In this document: positions 1-9,496 of the stretch, piece after piece
Numbering within the stretch: position 1 is the stretch's first letter
How the letters are laid out: each line of letters starts with the position of its first letter
Assembly: GCA_025544715.1 (NCBI GenBank)
Contig: GCA_025544715.1_4109.1
Direction: 5' to 3' (one strand)
From: Escherichia coli
GTDB lineage: Bacteria; Pseudomonadota; Gammaproteobacteria; Enterobacterales; Enterobacteriaceae
DNA: 64,000 bases
Notes under the pieces: generated by a model
What the model was told of the DNA's origin: nothing
The model's input: the letters and a program-made list of their open reading frames with translations, nothing else
Databases searched by the model: none
Program-made: the position numbers and the translations under genes

Positions 1-1773
1 CTAGAAATATAATCACCAAATGAATTCATTTTTTCTTCAAAATAATTATTAACTTTTTCTGCACCATCGGTAACAGAATTGTTTTCTACTTTTACTTTGT
101 CGTCTGAACCACCAAACCAACCTTTAACAGAATCCCAAAGTTTACCAGGAAGATCCATTAGGTTATTCATAAAGCTATCAAATGCTTCTGAAACTTTATT
201 ATATCCACTACCAAAAATTTCAGTACCTAACCCTTCTAACCACTGCTCAAACTCACCACCAATCCTATCCAAATACGCAACTGCATCTTTCGCAATAGGA
301 ACCAAACCAAAACCATCAAGTGCTAACTCTCCGATAAATTCCCATGCACCATCAGTACGGTCTGCAATATCAGTAAGGTAATCCGCAATAGAATTTTGTG
401 TATCTGCATACATTTTATTAAATGGTTCAGTAAATTCTTTACTAATCCATCTATTGAATCTATCAGTGAATTGTGTTAGTTTATCTGCTGGTTGACTCTT
501 AGGATCATTAATCGCAGCTTCCATATCAAGTAGCTGTTGGTTGAAGGTTGCTGCCGTAGTATTTCCTAATTGTATCTGATTTAATAAATCTTGCTTTATT
601 AGTTCTTTGTTCTTTTTAACAAATTCCAATTGTTGACGGCGAATTTCTTGTGAATCAGTAACGCCACTACGTACCAAGTTCTCACCTAAATCAGCAAATT
701 GGTTCAGTACTGGAGTCAATAAATCATCTGGTACTCCACCAATAGTTAAACGATGTGAAATTAAACGTAGAAAATCTGCACCAGCATCACCCATACTGGC
801 AGCAGCTTCGTTAAATGCTTTTGATGTTGCAACTGCTGCTTTACTAGATAATCCAGAATAGTTTTGTAATGCGATTTGCATTGAACGTGTGTCTAATGAT
901 TTATCTAAGTTTTGTGTTTTATTTAATAGTGCATCAACTGACTCACCCATACTTTTACTGAACTTAGTCATGCTCATGATAAACTGTTCAGTACTTTTTG
1001 CTTGATCCATACTACGTAACATTTCTCTTCCACCAAATTGCTTTTGGAATTTAATATTACGTGCAGTTAAATCAGTTAATGTTTTTTGTGAAACACCATA
1101 TAAACCTAATTGATTTTGTGCTTGTTGCACAGTACCCAATAATTTACCAAATGTAGAAACACCATCACCATATGCACCATCTAATTGTGCAACAACGGCA
1201 CTATGAGTTTGTAATGCTTCACCAAATGCATCAATACTCATCATTGATGCACCAGCACCTTTTAATATGGAGCCGTAACCTTCAGATAGAGCGACACCAG
1301 CACTGTTTATTCTATTATAAACTTCAAGCTGTGCATTTAACACATTATAAACTGCTAAACCAGCGTCAGCAACCAATTTGAAGGCAGATGCTGCTGCACC
1401 AACTGGACCTGGGATCATTGCTAATGAACCAGCAAATGAAGATGCACTCATTCCTAGTGAGTTTACAACATTGCTAACGTTTGCAGACGTACTCATCATA
1501 GTTTTGCCGACATTCGATACTTCAGATGATAATGATTTAAATATTTTTCCAAATTCTTTACCATCATCAGCTTTGTTATTTGTTCGAGAGCCACGGTTTC
1601 CAGTACTTGATGAATTACTTCCATTACGTTTTCCACTTTTAGAACCGGATTTCTTTCTATCATTTTTTATATTTTCAGCCAATAACTCACGTATAGCACT
1701 CAAACTATCGTTGTTATCTTTAGTTTGATTAACCAACTGCTGGAGTAGGTAATCACTTGTATTTCCAGCCATA
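1..1773 (-). CDS. Large tail structural protein, partial (tape-measure / tail-length-determinator-like); N-terminal ~590 aa in window, C-terminus beyond window start
   Basis: Minus-strand frame is open from ATG at 1771-1773 to the window edge by manual translation (MAGNTSDYLLQQLVNQTKDNNDS...), no stop in ~590 codons. Gly/Ala/Ser-rich and helical segments resemble tape-measure proteins. Absent from ORF track because it has no in-window stop. Confidence 0.5.
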
Positions 1774-1860
1774 ACATTCCCTTTTAATAGATGTATTATA
1801 GAAATATTTATGAAACTATAGAGAATATAAAAATTAGTTTAATTTAATCTTTTTTGGTCT

Positions 1861-1868
1861 TATAAATA
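1861..1868 (+). promoter_or_regulatory. T4-type late promoter motif TATAAATA
   Basis: Exact TATAAATA about 35 nt upstream of ATG 1903. Confidence 0.55.
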
Positions 1869-1902
1869 CTAAAACACATTTATTACATGGAGATTTAATA
1901 AA

Positions 1903-2739
1903 ATGGCTATGAATCCACTTGCTAAGTACACTAAAATTGAAGAGATCAGTACTAAGTTAGTTACAAACGGCGTTATTCCTTATAAAGAAGGAGTTCTAGG
2001 TCCAAAAGGTGTCAAATGTGGAGTTTGTGCACGTAGTGCACGTGATGAAATGACACTTAATACCCCCGATATGTTACTAAACGGAGATGCAGTATCCCGT
2101 GTTATTGAAAACTGTGTTCCTAATGTAATTGACGCTGATGAGTTGTATGTAAATGACGTTGAAATGCTTCTTATTGCTATTAAAGTTGCTTCTAAAGAAG
2201 AAACATATGATATTAACGTTGTATGTCCTGAATGTGAAAAAGAAGGTCGATTTGAACGTAATCTATCATATCTTCTTGAAACTGCACAAGCATTTGAAGA
2301 AATCCCATCAATTGATTTAGATAATGGGCTACGTTTGGAATTTAGACCACTGACATGGAAAGAATATTCATCGTTTGCTGAACGCATGTTCAGTGAGCAG
2401 CAGAAGACTAAGTTTCTTGAAACTGCTGATATTGATAAAGATGAAAAAGTAAAAATATTTTCTGAAGTATTTGAAAACATGGCTCAACTTAACTTCGATA
2501 TGATTGGTGGAGTTATTGCAAAAATTATAACACCAGATGGTGATGAAGTAGTTGAAAAAGAATTTATTAATGAATGGCTTGGACAACAATCGAAGGGAGT
2601 ACTTAAACTAATTCGTGAAAAAATGGATGAAGTACTTGAAATTGGAGTATCACATAGTATGGAAGTAGAATGTGATGGATGTAATCATCAATGGGAAATT
2701 GATGGACTAAAATATGATCCTAGTCATTTTTTCGAGTAA
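1903..2739 (+). CDS. Hypothetical protein with three CxxC pairs (zinc-ribbon-like), late-expressed
   Basis: 278 aa ORF; GGAG 10 nt upstream of ATG; exact TATAAATA at 1861-1868; motifs CGVC, CPEC, CDGC. Confidence 0.6.
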   Translation: MAMNPLAKYTKIEEISTKLVTNGVIPYKEGVLGPKGVKCGVCARSARDEMTLNTPDMLLNGDAVSRVIENCVPNVIDADELYVNDVEMLLIAIKVASKEETYDINVVCPECEKEGRFERNLSYLLETAQAFEEIPSIDLDNGLRLEFRPLTWKEYSSFAERMFSEQQKTKFLETADIDKDEKVKIFSEVFENMAQLNFDMIGGVIAKIITPDGDEVVEKEFINEWLGQQSKGVLKLIREKMDEVLEIGVSHSMEVECDGCNHQWEIDGLKYDPSHFFE

Positions 2740-2948
2740 TGCTTCTCCAGTCATCTCCTGAAGAAATACAAGAAGTACTGAAGGAGATAGAACTGAATAA
2801 GTCAGAAATCAAAAATGCACTAATGGAATGTTCTGTATATATGGATAACATTGACTATGGAACACTCCTTAATATGCCATTAATAGATAGAGACTTATTA
2901 GTTAAGTCTTTTAATAAAAAAATTAAAAAACAAAACGAGAAGCACTAA
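2739..2948 (+). CDS. Small hypothetical protein (69 aa), translationally coupled to upstream gene
   Basis: ATG overlaps the upstream TAA stop (TAATG); followed by a hairpin plus T8 terminator. Confidence 0.45.
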   Translation: MLLQSSPEEIQEVLKEIELNKSEIKNALMECSVYMDNIDYGTLLNMPLIDRDLLVKSFNKKIKKQNEKH

Positions 2949-2959
2949 TTTTCATATAG

Positions 2960-2985
2960 CCAGCACATTGTTGCTGGTTTTTTTT
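2960..2985 (+). terminator. Rho-independent terminator
   Basis: Hairpin CCAGCA-cattgt-TGCTGG followed by T8. Confidence 0.7.
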
Positions 2986-3159
2986 GGTTTTAAACTACAG
3001 AATTATTTGAATTGAATTATGAAAGGATTAATTTTAATATTATTGGATTCATCTAACTCATTTCATTCGTTAGCTGAAGAATATTCGTTACTACGTAACT
3101 CATATTCATTTAATTAAATTAATTATAAAGAACTTTAAAAGATTTAATACTTGACGGGA

Positions 3160-3620
3160 TTTGTTGAGGACATTTTCATCCCCCCGCAGGGGAATGAAGA
3201 CAATAAAAAAGAGACAATGAAGTCTCTATTTCTTGACGCTGATGGTTTCAGCATTTATTGTATTGCGAATTTCTTAAAAATATATTAAGAACGAAAGCGG
3301 GTTGCTCTGTTTCTCTCTATCGCAGTCATGTGCAACGGTCGTCAGTCTTAATCATCCTGACACTCACCTGAAAGTCTATACAATCAAACTTCAGGCTGTT
3401 TATTAAAATCACTTAATAAACTCCCTTAGCAAATCTGGTAAGGTGCGATCCTTATATGTCTATCGAGGAACTCTCTGTATGCTTATCGGAGTTCTTTATT
3501 GAGCCGCATTGCCGTGAGGGGTTCAAACTATGCCCACATCTAACGGGTTTCTTTTGCTCATCGCACTGTTGAACTGCTCATCTGCCATCTACATTTTCGA
3601 TAGGATCAGGTTCTAATTTA
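3160..3620. other. Structured ORF-free segment; candidate non-coding RNA or regulatory region
   Basis: No ORF of 60 aa or more between 2949 and 3784; locally higher GC than flanks; several dyad symmetries (e.g. AGAGAC-AATGAA-GTCTCT at 3209-3226; AGGAACTC...GAGTTCTT around 3468-3502). No tRNA cloverleaf recognised. Confidence 0.25.
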
Positions 3621-3784
3621 TATGCATTTCTGCATTCAACAGGATTGTCATTACTACAACAAACATTATAGCACAAACTTTAAAGTTGTCTCACTATTTT
3701 TATAAAAATATTCATTAAGTACTTAAAATATTGCAAATAACTAATCCATAAATATTTTGATAACAAATAGTTTGGTGAGGAATT

Positions 3785-4276
3785 ATGAAAAAAAGATTAA
3801 AAGATAGTAAGGATGCTGCAAACTATCGAAACGAATTGCTAAAGAAACAAAATGGAATAGATCCTATAATTAACGAACCAATAACTAAACCAGTACTGGA
3901 TCACTACCACTATGGTAACCAACATTGTAGACAAGTTCTTCAAAATGAAGTCAATGCTTGGGAAGGAAAGGTGCAAAACAGCTTCAATCGATATATGAAG
4001 CACTTAACTGATAAACCATTATATGAGGTACTCAGAAATCTTGCTGATTACCTAGAGCGTAATAACAGCATTCCTGACGATGAACAAGTTATACATCACA
4101 CTGCACTAACTGTTGATGTTAATAAGTTTAAAAGGCTCCCAGCAACACAGCAAAACGCGATTCTGGAAGGGTTAGGAGTTGTCCCTGGTAGCAACACTAC
4201 TGCTCGTGTAAAGCAAGCTAGAAAGCTGATTAAAGACGGTAAATTAAATATGGTTGATATAAAAAAAGGGAGCTAA
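3785..4276 (+). CDS. HNH / endonuclease VII-like domain protein (zinc-binding cysteines not conserved)
   Basis: 163 aa ORF with GAGGAA RBS; segment LDHYHYGNQHCRQVLQNEVNAWEG aligns by eye to the endonuclease VII core (DHDH...RGLLCxxCNxxEG) with Cys positions replaced. Confidence 0.45.
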   Translation: MKKRLKDSKDAANYRNELLKKQNGIDPIINEPITKPVLDHYHYGNQHCRQVLQNEVNAWEGKVQNSFNRYMKHLTDKPLYEVLRNLADYLERNNSIPDDEQVIHHTALTVDVNKFKRLPATQQNAILEGLGVVPGSNTTARVKQARKLIKDGKLNMVDIKKGS

Positions 4277-4292
4277 GGCTCCCTTTATCTTT
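4268..4292. terminator. Bidirectional Rho-independent terminator between convergent genes
   Basis: GGGAGC-taag-GCTCCC with A7 upstream and TTTATCTTT downstream; the plus-gene stop codon lies in the loop. Confidence 0.75.
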
Positions 4293-4294
4293 AA

Positions 4295-6442
4295 TTAGAA
4301 AACATCATCAAGAGTTGCATATTCAACAGTACTGAAACCGTCTTCTTTAACAACTTTGAGGATTTTTTCAGTCTTAGAAAGTAACTCTTCTCTATGGGAA
4401 ATAGCATAAACGTTCTTACCACGTACAGCAGCCATATCTTGGAAGATAGACCACACACGTAGAACACCACTTGAGTCAAGACCTTGGTCAATCATCTCAT
4501 CAATGATAAGAATATTAATACTTTGGTATAATGACTCATATGTATCACGGAAAGCACAAGATAATGCGATGTTTACCCTTGTACGCTCACCTCTACTAAG
4601 CTGTTTATAGTCAAAGTACTGCCCACTCTTCTCAATTTCAACACTCAAATCATTCAAAAACACAACATTATGCTCAGAACCGCACATATCGATATAGTAC
4701 TGAAGTCGTGTATTCAAATATGAGATATTTTGCTCAATAATACGTTTACGGACATAAGAATCCTTGTTTAAAAGTAATTTAACCAAGAAATCTTGGTGAT
4801 TTGACATTTTATCAAGATTATTATAGTCGCTATAATCGATTGGTACTAAAGAATCAGTCTTCAGAGTATTAATTTGGCTAATAAATGTGTTAGTAGTCTT
4901 CAATTCACGATCTAATTGCTGTGATAATGAATTTACAGTCATTTCTAACTCTTTAACTTCATATTTGTTTAATGTATCTGGAACTTCCATTAGTTCATAT
5001 GAGTTAAGTTCATCATATGATGACATAAGTTCATTTGCATAGATGTTTATTGGTTCTTCTTCACTCTTTCTGACCAATTCTTGAAGCTTATGTTCATGCA
5101 TTTGTGCTTCCGAAAGTGTATTATAATATGTCACAGGTTTAGGTGGCATATCAAAAATCTCAATACTATCAATTTCTTGAAGTAATGTTTCAATTTCAGA
5201 AGAAGAACTATCAATTTTAGCTTGAAGATCATTAATAGTACTTTGGATTTTGTCTTTAATTGAAGAAGTATGTTCGTTATGTTCCAATTCAGACATACAA
5301 AGTGGACATTTGCTGTTTTCAACTGTTGATAATTTGTCAATTTCAGCATTAATTGAACATTCATATCCTTTTAAAGCTATTTTTAGTGAGTTTAGTTTTT
5401 GTTCTTTGAAACGTTTTTGGTTATTATTCTCTTTTAGAATACCCTCTAACTGTTTCCATATCTCCAACTCATTATGATTTTCCAATTCTGCACTAATATC
5501 AATAGTTTTTAGCTTATCAATGCTTAGATTTAATGCTCTTTTAGATCTTTCAAGTTCACGGTCATATGCATCAAATTTTAAAGCCAACTCTTGTACACGG
5601 CGTTCAATTTCACCACGCTTTGCGTTATGAATAAGAGCTTTCTCTTTTATGTCAGCAGCTTCATAGAGGTCATTAAAGTCTAAAGTTTTATATATATTCA
5701 ACTCTTCATTTAACTTAGATACTCTATTATTTTTATCAATTTCAAACTGGTTTGCCTGTTCTTGTAGTGCCTCAATACTTTTTTGAATACGTTCATTACT
5801 TGCAGCTACAGTTTCATTTTTGAACTTTTCTTGTTCGGCTAAACGTTTAGTATCCTTATACATCTCCTTTAGCATTTCAGCTTTTTCCGTCAACTGTGTT
5901 ATTCCAAGAAGTTCTTCTATCATATCACGTTGTTTTTGTGTGGATAAAGCTAAGAAAGGTTCAACGTTAGCATTCAGTACTACAATATGTTCAAATAATA
6001 ATTGAGATATACCAAGAATTTCATTCAAATCTTCTTGTGTGTCTTTCTTTTCTCCCCTTGATTCATCTTCAATTTTATTATCTTTCCCTAAAGTAACAAA
6101 ATTGAAATACGTGGGACTTCTCCCACGTTCAACCAAATATTGTACACCATCTTTTTCAAACTCTACAACTACTTCACAATTTTTTCCATTAGTTTTATTG
6201 ACTAGGTTAGGAATTTTAATATCGTTACCAATACTTTTACCAAATAATCCAAAAACTAATCCTTGAATAATAGCACTTTTCCCTACACCATTTCGACGTC
6301 CGGTACTGTCACCACCTTCAATAACTGCATCATTATTTTGACCCAGTACTAATGAAATGTCGGAACCATTCAAGTCAATTGATTGTGGTGCATTACCAAA
6401 TGAAAAGAAGTTCCTCATAGATATACGTGTAATGTTTAGCAT
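4295..6442 (-). CDS. Rad50/SbcC-like recombination ATPase (T4 gp46-like)
   Basis: 715 aa; Walker A RNGVGKSA, long coiled-coil middle with CPLC zinc-hook, signature LSRGE, Walker B LIIDE. Confidence 0.85.
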   Translation of the reverse strand: MLNITRISMRNFFSFGNAPQSIDLNGSDISLVLGQNNDAVIEGGDSTGRRNGVGKSAIIQGLVFGLFGKSIGNDIKIPNLVNKTNGKNCEVVVEFEKDGVQYLVERGRSPTYFNFVTLGKDNKIEDESRGEKKDTQEDLNEILGISQLLFEHIVVLNANVEPFLALSTQKQRDMIEELLGITQLTEKAEMLKEMYKDTKRLAEQEKFKNETVAASNERIQKSIEALQEQANQFEIDKNNRVSKLNEELNIYKTLDFNDLYEAADIKEKALIHNAKRGEIERRVQELALKFDAYDRELERSKRALNLSIDKLKTIDISAELENHNELEIWKQLEGILKENNNQKRFKEQKLNSLKIALKGYECSINAEIDKLSTVENSKCPLCMSELEHNEHTSSIKDKIQSTINDLQAKIDSSSSEIETLLQEIDSIEIFDMPPKPVTYYNTLSEAQMHEHKLQELVRKSEEEPINIYANELMSSYDELNSYELMEVPDTLNKYEVKELEMTVNSLSQQLDRELKTTNTFISQINTLKTDSLVPIDYSDYNNLDKMSNHQDFLVKLLLNKDSYVRKRIIEQNISYLNTRLQYYIDMCGSEHNVVFLNDLSVEIEKSGQYFDYKQLSRGERTRVNIALSCAFRDTYESLYQSINILIIDEMIDQGLDSSGVLRVWSIFQDMAAVRGKNVYAISHREELLSKTEKILKVVKEDGFSTVEYATLDDVF

Positions 6443-6450
6443 ATAGTCCC

Positions 6451-7500
6451 TTATAACGATCTGTAAATTTGGATTAGAAGATTTTTATCAAACATTGGTG
6501 AATCAATTTCCATAATTTGCTGCAAAACTATCTCATCAACTGATTCAGTACTTTCAAAACTAACACCATCTTCGATTAATTCTGAAATACTTTGCTTGCT
6601 TGTCACAACATTAAACTCTCTAATGTTATAAAGTTTAGTAAATGTATCACGAATAAAACTAATCTCATCAGTTGTTATTGATATATCAACTTGAACTTTT
6701 GATATTGTGTTATCTTGTAGATAATAGCTTGGATCAGTCAACAATTCAGAAAGTGTGAATGTTCTATATTTTGGTGCATTATCCCATGACTTGAAAATAG
6801 GTTCTTTGCCATGTTCAAGAATCATCACACCTCTTGCATCATCCCATGTATCGGAAAAATTATGTGGAAAACAATTACCAGTATAAACTACACGAGTTCC
6901 TTTTGAAGTTGTTTTTGACTGTCGTTTATGAAAATGTCCACTAAAAACATACTCACATCCACCAAAAGAACCTTCTGTTTCTTTTCCATGATCAGGCATT
7001 TCTACCATCTTGTTAAGTAAGTAACCTGGTAACTCTAAGTGACCAAAAACATACTTACTTTTTAGTTGAGGTAACAACTTATATTCATCTTCAATCATAA
7101 ATGGAATGAAAGTACAATCATCAAAGGTTGTAATTTCATTAATGAATTCTATATTTTCATAAACTTGAGCCATATTGATACTTGTTATATCACGTTTGTT
7201 TTTATGATACATATCATGGTTGCCTACTAAAAAATATACTTTTTCAAAATTATCATTTAATAATTGAAGAATTTGTAAACCATAGTTTAGTGTTTGAATA
7301 TTGATATTACTTCTATTATGAAAATAATCTCCCATAAAAACACAAACTTTGATATTATTTTTTTTAGCTACATCAATCATGAATTTAATGAAGTTTAAAC
7401 AATCTTCATTGTGTTGCTTGCTGTTATTCTTTAAACCTAAGTGAATATCAGTGAATGTAATTGCTTTATCAAACAGAGCCATCTTCATTTTTCCTTTCAA
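6451..7500 (-). CDS. Mre11/SbcD-like nuclease (T4 gp47-like)
   Basis: 349 aa; phosphoesterase motifs DIHLG, GDYFH, GNHD, GHLE, GHFH; directly upstream of the Rad50-like gene. Confidence 0.85.
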   Translation of the reverse strand: MKGKMKMALFDKAITFTDIHLGLKNNSKQHNEDCLNFIKFMIDVAKKNNIKVCVFMGDYFHNRSNINIQTLNYGLQILQLLNDNFEKVYFLVGNHDMYHKNKRDITSINMAQVYENIEFINEITTFDDCTFIPFMIEDEYKLLPQLKSKYVFGHLELPGYLLNKMVEMPDHGKETEGSFGGCEYVFSGHFHKRQSKTTSKGTRVVYTGNCFPHNFSDTWDDARGVMILEHGKEPIFKSWDNAPKYRTFTLSELLTDPSYYLQDNTISKVQVDISITTDEISFIRDTFTKLYNIREFNVVTSKQSISELIEDGVSFESTESVDEIVLQQIMEIDSPMFDKNLLIQIYRSL

Positions 7501-8308
7501 TCATGTTCAATTCAATTTCAATTTGACGTGTATGTGATGGCGTAAAGCCATGCATTTCAAGTAAATCATCACGTATATTTCGAACATTTTTCTCACTATT
7601 CAATATAGAACGAAAACTATTGTTTACGAATGATGTATAGTAAGAGAAAGGATTTAGCTGAACTGCTGGTTTATCTTTTTTATAAAGAATGCTCTCTTTA
7701 AAGAGAAGTGCGTTTTTAACTAATTGTATTCTTGCATCACCCATCATTTCATCTAAGTATGTATAGTTTCTGTAATTAGATTTATGAGAGATTTCCTCAG
7801 CAAGTTTAATGAACATCTTCCCTAGTTCATTTGTAATTTTACCATGAACAGTACTGAATTCACCAGTTTCAAGATCTCCTTTCCAATGAGAACGACATAC
7901 TTCATAGAGAATTCCTTCATTATCTACAATGTAATGCTTGAATGGTTCAAAGTTAACTCTAGTGTCGGGTGGAATATGTTCATCAGTGATAACACGAATA
8001 ACAACTTCATCGATTGGAACATCAGTGATAACTAAATTATTTTCATCTGCATATTCTTTAGCTTTTTTAGCACTCATACTTTCCTTTTCACGAATACTAT
8101 CAAGCATTTCATTGTTTAGTCGTTTGATTCGTGCTGCTTTGGCTTTTTCAAGTAACTCAGCAGTAATTTCTGACTCATGAAAAACAATATAATCATACAT
8201 ACTATATGATTTGTCTAATAACCAGCAGTATGAAATCTTACTTTTTTGTATTTCACGAAGTAAATCAGCATTATTGAGATACTTTTTACGCTTTGGCCTA
8301 TTTGTCAT
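7469..8308 (-). CDS. Late-transcription sigma factor, T4 gp55-like (with insertions)
   Basis: 279 aa; N-terminal KYLNNADLLREI and C-terminal NPFSYYTSFVNNSFRSILNSEKN resemble T4 gp55 segments as recalled from memory; supported by exact TATAAATA motifs upstream of structural genes. Overlaps the Mre11-like gene by about 30 nt. Confidence 0.55.
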   Translation of the reverse strand: MTNRPKRKKYLNNADLLREIQKSKISYCWLLDKSYSMYDYIVFHESEITAELLEKAKAARIKRLNNEMLDSIREKESMSAKKAKEYADENNLVITDVPIDEVVIRVITDEHIPPDTRVNFEPFKHYIVDNEGILYEVCRSHWKGDLETGEFSTVHGKITNELGKMFIKLAEEISHKSNYRNYTYLDEMMGDARIQLVKNALLFKESILYKKDKPAVQLNPFSYYTSFVNNSFRSILNSEKNVRNIRDDLLEMHGFTPSHTRQIEIELNMIERKNEDGSV

Positions 8309-8396
8309 TGTATTTTACTCTCCATGTTTAAATCCAATAGGTACAATCCTTGTACCATCAATGTTATTATAGCACCAAAAAGCATTTTGTCCCACG

Positions 8397-8404
8397 TATA
8401 AATA
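8397..8404 (+). promoter_or_regulatory. T4-type late promoter motif TATAAATA
   Basis: Exact TATAAATA 36 nt upstream of ATG 8440. Confidence 0.55.
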
Positions 8405-8439
8405 CATCAAATGTTCCCTTATTATGGAGAATCAAAAAG

Positions 8440-9171
8440 ATGATTGATCGTAGAATTCGATTACGACCTAAAGCCGCAGGTGCTAACTATGTATATGGTG
8501 ATTTCGGAGATAGCTCCGAACCAACACTACTTTCGTTTCTGCGTCCAACTAATGGGTTGGTTTGGACTGTAACACCAACAATTACTGAACAAAGGTCAAT
8601 TCAGTATGAAACACAGTCTCCTATACATACCAACAGTAACTATAACAACTATAAGAACACTACTAATACAGTTTTCACGATTCAGGGTGAATTTTATGCA
8701 AATACAGCAGCAGAAGCTATGTATGCATTGGCATGTGTTCATTTTATACGTTCTGTTTCATTGATGGATTTTGGTAGACAAGCTGCTTCGGCTAATAACC
8801 CCGAACTCGCAATTGCGGGTGCACCACCACCAATCTTACTTCTAAGTGGATATGGTCGTTATACATATAATGATATTCCTGTTATTTTAAAATCTTATAA
8901 TTTTACTTACCCAAATGATGTTTCTTATATTCAAGTTCCGTTGAATAGTAGCGATAGTACTTTTAATTTATCCGACATGGATAGTAGAAAATTCTTCGAA
9001 CAACTTAGAAGTACTGGGTACATGAATCCACAAGATGAAGTTTGGGTTCCACAAAAAATTTCAGTTATGTTACAACTTGAAGAACAACCTACATCTGATT
9101 ATATGACTAAAACGTTCAACCTAAATGCATTTAAACGTGGTGAACTATTACGTAAAGGAGGATTTATTTAA
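8440..9171 (+). CDS. Putative baseplate/tail protein (late gene)
   Basis: ORF track starts at TTG 8350, but the exact late promoter TATAAATA at 8397-8404 lies inside that extension; ATG 8440 with GGAG RBS is taken as the start. Confidence 0.5.
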   Translation: MIDRRIRLRPKAAGANYVYGDFGDSSEPTLLSFLRPTNGLVWTVTPTITEQRSIQYETQSPIHTNSNYNNYKNTTNTVFTIQGEFYANTAAEAMYALACVHFIRSVSLMDFGRQAASANNPELAIAGAPPPILLLSGYGRYTYNDIPVILKSYNFTYPNDVSYIQVPLNSSDSTFNLSDMDSRKFFEQLRSTGYMNPQDEVWVPQKISVMLQLEEQPTSDYMTKTFNLNAFKRGELLRKGGFI

Positions 9172-9485
9172 TGTCCAACTATAGTCAATACTCACCTTAC
9201 GCTAAGGTGAAACAAACATGGTATCTTGGGTATAATTTACCACGTGATATTGTTCCGGCTGATACTGATGATTTTTATGAGATCCCATTGAAATATGAAT
9301 ATCAACCTTGGCGTTTAGCATACGAAATGTATGGTAATGAACGCTTATATTATATTTTCGCATTGTTAAATCCAGACATACTAGGAGAAGATCCTATATA
9401 TAATTTTAAAAGTGGAGTAACAATTAGAATACCAGCAAATCAAAGAGTACAAAATTATCTTAATGGTACTCGAAACATAGGCTAA
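9171..9485 (+). CDS. LysM-like small baseplate protein (P2 gpX / T4 gp53 LysM-like)
   Basis: 104 aa; start overlaps upstream stop (TAATG) with AGGAGG RBS; C-terminal pattern ...NPDILGEDPIYNFKSGVTIRIP resembles the LysM-like tail protein X fold. Confidence 0.45.
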   Translation: MSNYSQYSPYAKVKQTWYLGYNLPRDIVPADTDDFYEIPLKYEYQPWRLAYEMYGNERLYYIFALLNPDILGEDPIYNFKSGVTIRIPANQRVQNYLNGTRNIG

Positions 9486-9496
9486 TGGAGTAACGT

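Noticed and set aside
79-1728. Plus-strand ORFs 79..381, 1172..1381 and 1378..1728
   Set aside because: They lie inside the long minus-strand reading frame of the tape-measure-like gene, are short and of low complexity, and lack an RBS.
1980-2589. Minus-strand ORFs 1980..2480 and 2368..2589
   Set aside because: Antisense to the 1903..2739 gene, which has a late promoter and RBS.
2949-3784. tRNA genes or a group I intron in the ORF-free region
   Set aside because: No cloverleaf with a canonical T-loop (GTTCRANYC) or acceptor stem was found by eye, and there are no flanking exon halves of a split gene; left as an unclassified structured region.
8350-8439. N-terminal extensions in the ORF track (TTG 8350, ATG 18972, TTG 31397, TTG 37053, GTG 31319)
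   Set aside because: Each extension lacks an RBS and either contains the late promoter (8397-8404) or overlaps the RBS of the downstream ATG; the internal ATG with a Shine-Dalgarno sequence was preferred.
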